From NCBI GenBank assembly GCA_000431795.1, contig FR887373.1:53818-117817 (forward strand): DNA of 64,000 nucleotides. Reading direction: 5' to 3'. Below, one piece after another: positions 8,905 to 17,119 of this stretch. The position numbers were made by a program, and so were the translations under genes. The notes beneath the pieces were generated by a model, which was not told the DNA's origin, did not search any database, and worked only from the letters and a program-made list of their open reading frames with translations. The number at the start of each line of letters is the position of its first letter. Position 1 is the first letter of the stretch. The DNA is from Clostridium sp. CAG:302 (lineage in GTDB: Bacteria > Bacillota_I > Bacilli_A > RF39 > UBA660).

Positions 8905-9041
8905 TAAATATCAACTGTTTTATTAATTTAAAATATATCTACTATTTGATTATTATTATTTTAAATCTTATTAGTAATATAAAGTTAATATTAAAAGTTT
9001 TATTTTTTTGAAATTTATTTATTAGTGTTTTTTATGAATTA

Positions 9042-9057
9042 TGTTTCACGTGGAACA
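9042..9057. promoter_or_regulatory. parS site 2
   Basis: TGTTTCACGTGGAACA, the reverse complement of TGTTCCACGTGAAACA. Followed by TGAG then TTTTCCACA (9062-9070). Confidence 0.75.
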
Positions 9058-9197
9058 TGAGTTTTCCACAGATTATTTATGTTGTATAAAGAGTAATTAT
9101 TTAAATTTATTATTTACTGTAGTTTTATTTCTTGATTTTAATATAATGATTGATAAGTAATATATATTACTTTCTTTTTTTATATTTATTAATATAA

Positions 9198-9213
9198 TGT
9201 TTCACGTGAAACA
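9198..9213. promoter_or_regulatory. parS site 3
   Basis: TGTTTCACGTGAAACA, followed by TT then ATATCCACA (9216-9224). Confidence 0.75.
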
Positions 9214-9349
9214 TTATATCCACAACTTTTGTATATAATTTTATATTACGATACATTTTATATGTTTATTTTAGTTATAACCTCTTTTTATAAAAATAAG
9301 TTGATTATATCATTAATTTTGACTAAAATTATTATTTTGGTTTGATTTA

Positions 9350-9365
9350 TGTTTCACGTGAAACA
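9350..9365. promoter_or_regulatory. parS site 4
   Basis: TGTTTCACGTGAAACA, followed by TAAATATTAATA (a degenerate box). Confidence 0.75.
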
Positions 9366-9523
9366 TAAATATTAATATTTTTAATGTATATATAATGATA
9401 CAATTGTTGCTAAAAATGTTTTTGATATTATTATTATTGTACTATTTAAGCCTATAAATAAAATTATTACAATATTGAGCTCATGTTTTTATAAATAATT
9501 TTAATTTTTGATAAGAAATCTTA

Positions 9524-9539
9524 TGTTCCACGTGAAACA
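9524..9539. promoter_or_regulatory. parS site 5
   Basis: TGTTCCACGTGAAACA, followed by TGAG then TTTTCCACA (9544-9552). Confidence 0.75.
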
Positions 9540-9666
9540 TGAGTTTTCCACAGATTTTGTGTATAGATTTATTTTATATTTAATATGTATTTTTTTAAGA
9601 TTTAATGTATTTTATTATATGATGTAGTAATCATTATTAGTTTCAATGGCTTTTTTATTTGATTTA

Positions 9667-9682
9667 TGTTTCACGTGAAACA
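9667..9682. promoter_or_regulatory. parS site 6
   Basis: TGTTTCACGTGAAACA, followed by TAA then ATATCCACA (9686-9694). Confidence 0.75.
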
Positions 9683-9829
9683 TAAATATCCACAGTTTTT
9701 ATGATTGAAATATTTATTATATGATTTATATTTTTCATTAAAGTTGTTTTAAGTAATATTATTAACATTGTTATTTGATTTTTAAATTCGTATTTATTTA
9801 TTAACTGTACTTTTAATAAATTAAATTGA

Positions 9830-9845
9830 TGTTCCACGTGAAACA
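9830..9845. promoter_or_regulatory. parS site 7
   Basis: TGTTCCACGTGAAACA. An inverted box-like TGTTGATAT lies at 9863-9871. Confidence 0.75.
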
Positions 9846-9953
9846 TGAGTCTTTTATTCATCTGTTGATATGTAAAAAATTTATTATTATTTAATTTTTT
9901 GTTATACTTGTTGATAGAGATTGGAGTTGGCCTATATTATGGTGGAAAAGTAT

Positions 9954-10364
9954 ATGAAAATGGCACTTTTAGAGGCTAAAAAAGCTTATTGTGAGGATGA
10001 AATTCCTGTTGGTTGTGTAATTGTACATAAAAATGAGATAATTGCCTGTGGATATAATGAAAAAGAGAGTAAAAATAGTGCAATTAGGCATGCTGAGATA
10101 GTGGCTATTGAAGCTGCTTGTGGAAAACTTGGCTCATGGCGTTTGGATGATTGTGATCTTTATGTTACTTTGGAGCCATGTATGATGTGTTTAGGTGCTA
10201 TTATTGAAGCTAGAATTAAAAATGTCTATTTTGGAACCAAAAATAATAGCAAACAAATGTATGATAAAATTAGAGTTAAAAGCTTTGTTAATCTAATTTT
10301 TGTTAATAGTGGTTCTTGTTCTAAAATTTTATCTGATTTTTTTGTAAATAAAAGAAAAAAATGA
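9954..10364 (+). CDS. tadA: tRNA-specific adenosine deaminase
   Basis: CMP/dCMP deaminase zinc motifs HAEIVAIE and PCMMCLGAI. The ATG at 9954 follows GGTGGA by 8 nt. Alternative starts are at 9939 and 9921. Confidence 0.85.
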   Translation: MKMALLEAKKAYCEDEIPVGCVIVHKNEIIACGYNEKESKNSAIRHAEIVAIEAACGKLGSWRLDDCDLYVTLEPCMMCLGAIIEARIKNVYFGTKNNSKQMYDKIRVKSFVNLIFVNSGSCSKILSDFFVNKRKK

Positions 10365-10413
10365 TGTTTATATACTTGTTTTGTGGTATAATTAAATATG
10401 AGGGAGGTAGTCT

Positions 10414-12084
10414 GTGAGTTATTTAGCTTTGTATAGAAAATATAGACCTGTTGATTTTGATAATGTGTATGGTCAAGAAGAGGTTGTAACTGTTATTAAA
10501 AATGCAATTAACAATAATATGGTTTCTCATGCTTATTTGTTTTGTGGTCCTAGGGGTACTGGTAAAACTACTATTGCTAAGATAATTGCTAGGATGGTTA
10601 ATTGTGAAAATTTAATTGATGGTAAGCCTTGTGGTAAATGTTATAATTGTATTAACTTTCTTAATAGTAATGATATAGTGGAAATTGATGCTGCTTCGAA
10701 TAATGGTGTTGATGAAATTAGAGAACTTAGGGATAAAATTAATCTTGTGCCTAGTAATGCTAAATATAAGGTTTATATTATTGATGAAGTTCATATGCTT
10801 ACCACTCAAGCTTTTAATGCTCTTTTGAAAACTCTTGAAGAACCACCGGCACATGTTATTTTTATTTTGGCTACTACAGAACCTCATAAAATTCCGCTTA
10901 CTATTGCTTCAAGATGTCAAAAATTTAGATTTACTAAGATTAATTCAAAAAAAATTGTTGATAGATTAAGAGAGATAGCTAAACTTGAAAATATTGCTAT
11001 TGATGAAGATGCTCTTTATGAAATTGCACGAATTTCTGATGGTGGAATGAGAGACGCTATTAATTTTTTGGATCAACTTGTTGCTTATGATAATAAAGTA
11101 ATTACTCTTGATGATATTTATAAGGTGAATGGTTCAGTTTCTTATAATGATATTTATTTGTTACTTAAATCAATTGCTGATAATAATAAGGTTGAAATTA
11201 TTAGATTTTTTGATACGTTTGATAGTAGTGGAAAGGATATTAATAAGTTTGCTTCTGAATTAACTTTGTTTTTGAAAGATGTAATTTTATATAGTAATGC
11301 TAAATTGTTATCTGATATTGACATTAAAAATGAAAACATTGTACTTGTTAATAATTTATATGATTCTAAGACTATTTATGAATTAATTGAGAAACTTAAT
11401 GAAATCCAAAATTTTTTGAGGACTTCAACTCATGGTTGTATTTTATTTATGACTGCTATATTGAAGTTTTCTGATAATTATTTTGGAAATTTAATTGATG
11501 ATAATTTGGAAAAAAAAGTTGTAGATAATGCTACTAAAAATGAAAATAAAATTATTTCCCAGGAAATAATTGAAACAAATATAAATAAAGTTGACAATGA
11601 GAATGAACAAATTAAAAGTGAAGTAAATATTGAGAATATTAACATTAGAATTAATAATGCTTTGGCTACTGCCAATAAGGATAGCTTAAGAAAAATTAAG
11701 GAACAGTGGTCTTTAATAGATGATTATTTATATGATGATGCTTATTCTGTGGTTGCTGGTCTGTTAAAGGATTCTATACCTGTTGTGGCTTCTGAAAAAT
11801 ATATTATTGTTTCAAATAGTCTTGAATCTGTAGCTAACCGAATTAATGATAATTTTTCTTTAATAGATGAATTTCTTTTGAAAATATTTAAAAATAAAAT
11901 TTTTATTGTTGGTATGTCTAGTGATAATTGGAATGTAGAAAAAAACAAATATATTTCTAATATTAAAAATGGTGTTAAATATATTGAAAAGGATTTTATT
12001 AATACGGATAAAATTGAAAATAAAAAATCTTCTGTTGATGAACTTATTGATTTAATGGGAGAAAATATAATAGAATATAAATAA
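10414..12084 (+). CDS. dnaX: DNA polymerase III subunit gamma/tau
   Basis: GTG start after GAGGGAGG. Walker A GPRGTGKTT, Zn module CGKCYNC, Walker B IIDEVHMLT and sensor SRCQKF. Confidence 0.93.
   Translation: MSYLALYRKYRPVDFDNVYGQEEVVTVIKNAINNNMVSHAYLFCGPRGTGKTTIAKIIARMVNCENLIDGKPCGKCYNCINFLNSNDIVEIDAASNNGVDEIRELRDKINLVPSNAKYKVYIIDEVHMLTTQAFNALLKTLEEPPAHVIFILATTEPHKIPLTIASRCQKFRFTKINSKKIVDRLREIAKLENIAIDEDALYEIARISDGGMRDAINFLDQLVAYDNKVITLDDIYKVNGSVSYNDIYLLLKSIADNNKVEIIRFFDTFDSSGKDINKFASELTLFLKDVILYSNAKLLSDIDIKNENIVLVNNLYDSKTIYELIEKLNEIQNFLRTSTHGCILFMTAILKFSDNYFGNLIDDNLEKKVVDNATKNENKIISQEIIETNINKVDNENEQIKSEVNIENINIRINNALATANKDSLRKIKEQWSLIDDYLYDDAYSVVAGLLKDSIPVVASEKYIIVSNSLESVANRINDNFSLIDEFLLKIFKNKIFIVGMSSDNWNVEKNKYISNIKNGVKYIEKDFINTDKIENKKSSVDELIDLMGENIIEYK
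11554..11567. promoter_or_regulatory. NBS-like palindrome (1 mismatch) inside dnaX
   Basis: ATTTCCCAGGAAAT within AAAATTATTTCCCAGGAAATAATTG. It encodes KIISQEII. Confidence 0.4.
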
Positions 12085-12100
12085 AGGAGATTGATTTAAA

Positions 12101-12397
12101 ATGAATTTACAAAATATGATGATGCAAGCAAGAAAAATGCAAAAGGATATTGAAAAGACTAAAAGTGAACTTGAAAGTAAAGACTATGAGGGTAATTCTC
12201 AGTTTGTTACTGCTGTTGTTAGTGGAAATGGAAAGTTAAAATCTATTAATATTGATATGGAAGAACTAGCAAGTGATGATAGAGAAATATTGGAAGATAT
12301 GGTATTGGTAGCAGTAAATAATGCTATTGATAAGATGGAAAAAGATAAAGAGGAAAAATTTGGTAAATATGGCCAGATGTTTAATGGTTTGATGTAA
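12101..12397 (+). CDS. ybaB: Nucleoid-associated protein YbaB/EbfC
   Basis: 98 aa with the typical MMQARKMQKD.. N-terminus. Conserved dnaX-ybaB-recR synteny. Confidence 0.9.
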   Translation: MNLQNMMMQARKMQKDIEKTKSELESKDYEGNSQFVTAVVSGNGKLKSINIDMEELASDDREILEDMVLVAVNNAIDKMEKDKEEKFGKYGQMFNGLM

Positions 12398-12398
12398 T

Positions 12399-12992
12399 AT
12401 GTATCCTAATAGTATTAAAAATGTTATTGATTGTTTGAAAGATTTACCTGGAATCGGTGAAAAAACTGCAGAAAGGCTTGCTTTTTCTTTAATTAATTTT
12501 GATAAGGATAAACTTACTTTATTTTCTGAATCTATATGTGGTGTTAGAGATAAAATTACTAATTGTCAAATATGTGGTAATATTTGTGAGAGTGATGTTT
12601 GTCCTATATGCTTGGATAAAGAAAGAAATGGTAATCTTATATTCGTAGTTGAAAAGGCAAAAGACATTTCTTTATTTGAAAAAATTAATGTATATAAAGG
12701 AAAATATCATGTTCTTGGTGGTCTAATATCCCCTCTTGAGGGGATTGGCCCTGAGGATATTAATATTAATAAATTAATTTCACGAATTGATGGTGATAAA
12801 GTAAATGAAATTATTCTTGCCTTGAAACCTTCAATTGAAGGAGAAACTACTATGCAATATATAAAAAAACTTCTTGAAAATAAAAATGTTAAGGTTACTA
12901 GAATTGCTACGGGTATTCCAATTGGAACTGATATTGAATATATTGATCCTATGACATTGGAGTTTGCTTTGGAGGGCAGAAAAGACATATAA
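12399..12992 (+). CDS. recR: Recombination protein RecR
   Basis: HhH (LPGIGEKTAERLAF), C4 zinc finger (CQICGNICESDVCPIC) and a Toprim domain. Confidence 0.93.
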   Translation: MYPNSIKNVIDCLKDLPGIGEKTAERLAFSLINFDKDKLTLFSESICGVRDKITNCQICGNICESDVCPICLDKERNGNLIFVVEKAKDISLFEKINVYKGKYHVLGGLISPLEGIGPEDININKLISRIDGDKVNEIILALKPSIEGETTMQYIKKLLENKNVKVTRIATGIPIGTDIEYIDPMTLEFALEGRKDI

Positions 12993-13032
12993 TTTACTTT
13001 ATTTCATATAATTTCTTGGGTGAAATATATTT

Positions 13033-13221
13033 ATGCTAAAAAAAGTTCTTTTTTTGATAAAAAAGTTTATATTTGGTGTATTATTTATTTATGCTTTTAA
13101 TGTTATCGTTTTTCCTATTAATACGACAATTTCAATAAATATATTTACTATTTTAATTGTTTCTATTTTTGGATTACCTGGTATTATTGGCATTTGTTTA
13201 TTTTCTATTTTTGTTTTGTAA
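13033..13221 (+). CDS. bofA: BofA-family small membrane protein (pro-sigma-K processing inhibitor-like)
   Basis: 62 aa with two TM segments. ISINIFTILIVSIFGLPGIIGI resembles B. subtilis BofA INLVTTAISGILGIPGIAAL. Same position after recR as in Bacillus. Confidence 0.5.
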   Translation: MLKKVLFLIKKFIFGVLFIYAFNVIVFPINTTISINIFTILIVSIFGLPGIIGICLFSIFVL

Positions 13222-13234
13222 GGAGAGTAATATT

Positions 13235-14182
13235 ATGTTAGACATTTATAAGTATGAACAACCTATATTGTATAATATTTTAAATAATTCTATTATTAAT
13301 AATAAGTTATCTCATGCTTATTTATTTGATTCTAATGGTAATAGTGATGTTTATGATATAGTTTTATCTTTTACTAAAATGATTATTACCTCTAATATTA
13401 CAAACGAAACTGAAAAAAATAATATTTGTATGCGAATTGATGATGGAAATTATGTTGATGTTAAGGTTATTGAACCAGACGGTATGTGGATAAAAAAAGA
13501 TCAACTTTTGGATTTACAAAGTGAATTTAGTAAAAAATCTATTGAGGGTAGTAAAAAGGTTTATATTATTAAGTCTGCGGACAAAATGAATATTCAAACT
13601 GCTAATTCTATACTTAAGTTTTTAGAGGAACCTATTGATGAAATAATTGCAATATTGGTCGTTGATAATATTAATTTGATGCTACCTACGATTATATCTA
13701 GGTGTCAGGTTATTAAATTAAATAAAAAACCTTTGTCTTTGGATAGTATTGATAATTTTTCTGCATATTTTTTTCAATCTAAATATGCTTTACTTACTGA
13801 AACTGAAAAAAAAGAATTAATGGAATCTGCAGTTAATTTTATTCATCATATAGAAAATAATGGAATTGATACGCTAATTTATACTAAAAAATTATGGCAT
13901 AATATTTTTAAAGATAGAGATTTGTGCATAGTAGCAGTTAATCTTTGCATTTATTTTTATTATGATGTTGTTAAGTATAAATGTGGTTTGAATAATTATT
14001 TTTATGGGGACAAGCTATCTGAAATTAGTTTTGTTTCTGGAAATAATGATTATGATGAGTTAATTAAAAAAATTCAGATATTAGATAGAACAGAAAACTA
14101 TTTAAAAAGAAACTTAAATATAAATTTACTTATTGATAAAATGATTATAGATATGTGTGGTGATGATTATGAAGATAGTTAA
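13235..14182 (+). CDS. holB: DNA polymerase III delta' subunit
   Basis: The ATG at 13235 follows AAGGAGAG. SHAYLF and the SRCQVIKL sensor motif are present. The ORF-track start at 13157 overlaps bofA and was rejected. Confidence 0.75.
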   Translation: MLDIYKYEQPILYNILNNSIINNKLSHAYLFDSNGNSDVYDIVLSFTKMIITSNITNETEKNNICMRIDDGNYVDVKVIEPDGMWIKKDQLLDLQSEFSKKSIEGSKKVYIIKSADKMNIQTANSILKFLEEPIDEIIAILVVDNINLMLPTIISRCQVIKLNKKPLSLDSIDNFSAYFFQSKYALLTETEKKELMESAVNFIHHIENNGIDTLIYTKKLWHNIFKDRDLCIVAVNLCIYFYYDVVKYKCGLNNYFYGDKLSEISFVSGNNDYDELIKKIQILDRTENYLKRNLNINLLIDKMIIDMCGDDYEDS

Positions 14183-14945
14183 TGTTAAGATTAATAATGA
14201 TTTTGGTAAAACTTTGTATTTTGATTGTAATAATTTTAATTTAAAAAAAAATTTAACTGTCATTGTTAATACAGAAAGAGGCTTGGAGTTTGGTACAGTT
14301 CTTGATTTTCTTGATGTTGAAGATGGTAATTATGAAAAAGTTATTAGAATTGCTACTAAAAAGGATTATTTGCAGCATTTAAAGAATATTAATGAAGCTA
14401 AATTGGCGCTTGACAAATGCCGTGAACTTGCTGAAAAAAATAATTTAAAAATGGTTATTATAGATGCAACTTATAATTTTGACAAAAGTCAACTGTTATT
14501 TAGATTTTTAGCAGATGAAAGAATTGATTTTAGAAATTTAGCTAGGGAGTTAGGATCTAGACTTAAAACTAGAATTGAACTAAGACAGATAGGAATTAGA
14601 GATAAGGCAAAGGAAATCGGAGGCATAGGTCCTTGTGGAAGAAATTTATGTTGTAGTACTTTTCTTACTAGTTTTGATGCTGTATCTATTAGTATGGCTA
14701 AAAATCAAGGTCTTGCATTAAATCCTACTAAAATTAATGGTGTTTGTGGAAGACTTCTTTGCTGCTTGAATTATGAAAATGAACTATATACTGAATTAAA
14801 AAAAGATGTTTTAGATGTTGGTAAAAAAACGTTTATTAATGGTAAGGAAGGAAAGGTTATTTCATCTGAACCTTTATTAGGTAAATACAAGGTACTTATC
14901 GATGATGAAATAATTGAAATTGATATAAATGATAGTAAAAAATAA
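14163..14945 (+). CDS. ricT: PSP1-domain protein RicT/YaaT
   Basis: Cys-rich PSP1 motif GPCGRNLCCSTFL..GVCGRLLCCLNYE. The start is ambiguous (GTG 14157, ATG 14163 or 14169). Confidence 0.8.
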   Translation: MIMKIVNVKINNDFGKTLYFDCNNFNLKKNLTVIVNTERGLEFGTVLDFLDVEDGNYEKVIRIATKKDYLQHLKNINEAKLALDKCRELAEKNNLKMVIIDATYNFDKSQLLFRFLADERIDFRNLARELGSRLKTRIELRQIGIRDKAKEIGGIGPCGRNLCCSTFLTSFDAVSISMAKNQGLALNPTKINGVCGRLLCCLNYENELYTELKKDVLDVGKKTFINGKEGKVISSEPLLGKYKVLIDDEIIEIDINDSKK

Positions 14946-15651
14946 ATTGTTAAACTATAGTAATGCTTATATCTATCAAGATACAGAATATTTTAAAATG
15001 TCTCTTGATAGTCTTTTACTTGCAAAATTTGTAACTATTAATATGCGTGATAAGAATATAATTGATTTGGCTACTGGTAATGCACCAATACCAATGCTTT
15101 TAACTTATAGAACTAAAGCTCATATATGTGGGGTTGAAATACAAGAAGAGGTATACAATCTTGCTAATTTATCTATTAAAAAAAATAAAATGACGCAGCA
15201 AATTAGTTTGATTAATGAAGATGTTAATAACATTACTGATTATTTTAAGCCTGATACATTTGATGTTGTTACTTGCAATCCTCCTTATTTTAAAACTAAT
15301 AATACTTTATTTGAAAATAATAATATTATTAAAGCATCTGCAAGGCATGAAAAATTATTAACTTTAGAGGATATTTTAAGAGTTAGTAAATATCTTTTAA
15401 AAAATAATGGTAGACTTGCTATGGTTCATAGAACGGAAAGATTAATGGAAATTTTGTTTCTTATGAAAAAGTATAATATTGAACCTAAAAAGATTAGATT
15501 TGTTTATCCTAATAATGCAAAAAATAGTGATTTGGTTTTAATTGAAGGTACTTTAAATGGTAAAAGTGGCCTTAAAATAATGAATCCTTTGTTTGTTTAT
15601 GTAAAAAAAGATGTTTATTCTAAAGAAGTAAAGGATATGTTTGGAGAGTGA
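14929..15651 (+). CDS. SAM-dependent N6-adenine methyltransferase (YabB/TrmN6-like)
   Basis: Motif IV VTCNPPYF and SAM-binding IIDLATGNA. Syntenic with B. subtilis yabB. Confidence 0.7.
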   Translation: MIVKNKLLNYSNAYIYQDTEYFKMSLDSLLLAKFVTINMRDKNIIDLATGNAPIPMLLTYRTKAHICGVEIQEEVYNLANLSIKKNKMTQQISLINEDVNNITDYFKPDTFDVVTCNPPYFKTNNTLFENNNIIKASARHEKLLTLEDILRVSKYLLKNNGRLAMVHRTERLMEILFLMKKYNIEPKKIRFVYPNNAKNSDLVLIEGTLNGKSGLKIMNPLFVYVKKDVYSKEVKDMFGE

Positions 15652-15656
15652 AATTT

Positions 15657-16496
15657 ATGATACAAAATAGTTATAATGATAGTCCCACTTTATATTTGAT
15701 ATCTACTCCTATTGGAAATTTAGAGGATATGACTTATAGGAGTGTTAAAATATTAAATGAAGTTAGTGTTGTTTTTTCAGAAGATACAAGAGTAACTCTT
15801 AATTTACTTACTCATTATGGTATTAATAAGAAGTTGATTGCTCTTCATGAACATAATGAAGATACAGCCAAAGAGAAGGTACTTGACTATCTTAAAAATG
15901 GCGATAGTGTTGCTTTGGTTACTGATAGAGGAACTCCAATAATTAGTGATCCTGGATATAAAACAGTAAAATATATTAGCGATAATGGTTATAATGTTGT
16001 TGCACTTCCTGGTGCTACTGCATTTGTTCCAGCACTTATTACTTCTGGTATTGCACCACAACCATTTTTGTTTTATGGATTTCTTGATAGCAAAGATAGT
16101 ATTAGAAAGAAAGAGTTAGAACTTTTATCTGATGAAGTGGAAACAATGATTTTTTATGAAGCACCTCATAGGATTATAAAAACTTTGAATATGATGCTAG
16201 ATATATTTGGTGATAGAGATATTAGTATATCTAGGGAGATTACTAAGAAGTTTGAGACTATTTATCGTGGAAAAATTAGTAATGTAATTAATCTTGTTCC
16301 TGAAAAAGGGGAATTTGTTATTGTTGTTAATGGTATGAAAGAAAGAAAAATAGATGATACTATTAGTGTTCATAACGCTGTAAATAACTATATTAGTGCT
16401 GGATTTGATGTAATGGCTTCAATTAAAAAAGTTGCTAAAGATAGGGGACTTGCTAAAAATGTTATTTATAAAGAGTATCATCGGGAGGATAAATAA
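15657..16496 (+). CDS. rsmI: 16S rRNA (cytidine1402-2'-O)-methyltransferase
   Basis: Tetrapyrrole-methylase fold N-terminus LYLISTPIGNLEDMTYRSVKIL..SEDTR. The ATG at 15657 is 8 nt after GGAGAG. An alternative GTG is at 15648. Confidence 0.85.
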   Translation: MIQNSYNDSPTLYLISTPIGNLEDMTYRSVKILNEVSVVFSEDTRVTLNLLTHYGINKKLIALHEHNEDTAKEKVLDYLKNGDSVALVTDRGTPIISDPGYKTVKYISDNGYNVVALPGATAFVPALITSGIAPQPFLFYGFLDSKDSIRKKELELLSDEVETMIFYEAPHRIIKTLNMMLDIFGDRDISISREITKKFETIYRGKISNVINLVPEKGEFVIVVNGMKERKIDDTISVHNAVNNYISAGFDVMASIKKVAKDRGLAKNVIYKEYHREDK

Positions 16497-17065
16497 TGAA
16501 GTTAATTGTGGGATTAGGTAATCCTGGACGAGAATACGAAAAAACTAGACATAATATTGGATTTAATGTTCTTGATTTATTGGCAGATAAGTATAATATT
16601 ACATTTAGTGAAAATAAAAAATTTAATGCACTTGAGGCTAGTTTTAATTTGATGGGTGAAAAAGTTATTTTGGTAAAACCACTAACATTTATGAATTTGT
16701 CAGGGGATAGTGTAATTAAATATATAAATTATTATGATATTGATGTTAATGATCTTTTGGTTATTCATGATGATTTAGATATGGAGCTTGGTAAGATTAG
16801 AATTGTTTTTGACAGTTCTAGTGGTGGCCATAATGGAATTAAAAGTATTATTAATAATTTGAATAGTCAGAAATTTACAAGGTTAAAAATTGGTATTTCT
16901 CATAATAAAAACATAGATACTAAAGATTATGTACTTGGTAAATTTAAAGGTGATGACTGGAAAGTTTTAACTGACTCTTATAACAAAGTACTTGATATAG
17001 TGGAAAACTTTATTAGTAAAGACGTTAATACTTTAAAACAAATTTATAGTAATAAAAATAATTAG
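16496..17065 (+). CDS. pth: Peptidyl-tRNA hydrolase
   Basis: MKLIVGLGNPG..YEKTRHNIGF, with the catalytic His motif. Confidence 0.93.
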   Translation: MKLIVGLGNPGREYEKTRHNIGFNVLDLLADKYNITFSENKKFNALEASFNLMGEKVILVKPLTFMNLSGDSVIKYINYYDIDVNDLLVIHDDLDMELGKIRIVFDSSSGGHNGIKSIINNLNSQKFTRLKIGISHNKNIDTKDYVLGKFKGDDWKVLTDSYNKVLDIVENFISKDVNTLKQIYSNKNN

Positions 17066-17119
17066 ATATAAAATAGGATACAATATATTTGTATCTTTTA
17101 GCATTGGAGGTGAGAATAT

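Larger units (their letters stand above)
8889..9871. repeat. Array of 7 parS palindromes at ~155-bp spacing, interleaved with DnaA-box-like 9-mers
   Basis: Seven 16-mers match TGTTNCACGTGAAACA. Spacings are 153, 156, 152, 174, 143 and 163 bp. No credible ORF lies in the 1.25-kb tract. Confidence 0.8.

Noticed and set aside
9664-9861. 65-aa - strand ORF inside the parS tract.
   Set aside because: It spans two parS palindromes, has no RBS, and its composition is typical of random AT-rich sequence.
8889-9871. The regularly spaced repeats could be a CRISPR array.
   Set aside because: The repeats are 16-18-bp perfect palindromes identical to parS. The intervals are 135-155 bp, far longer than spacers. 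No cas genes or leader are present.
8653-9920. An rRNA operon or tRNA cluster after gyrA, as in B. subtilis rrnO.
   Set aside because: There are no rRNA-like conserved stretches. Only the short SRP RNA and the binding-site array are found.
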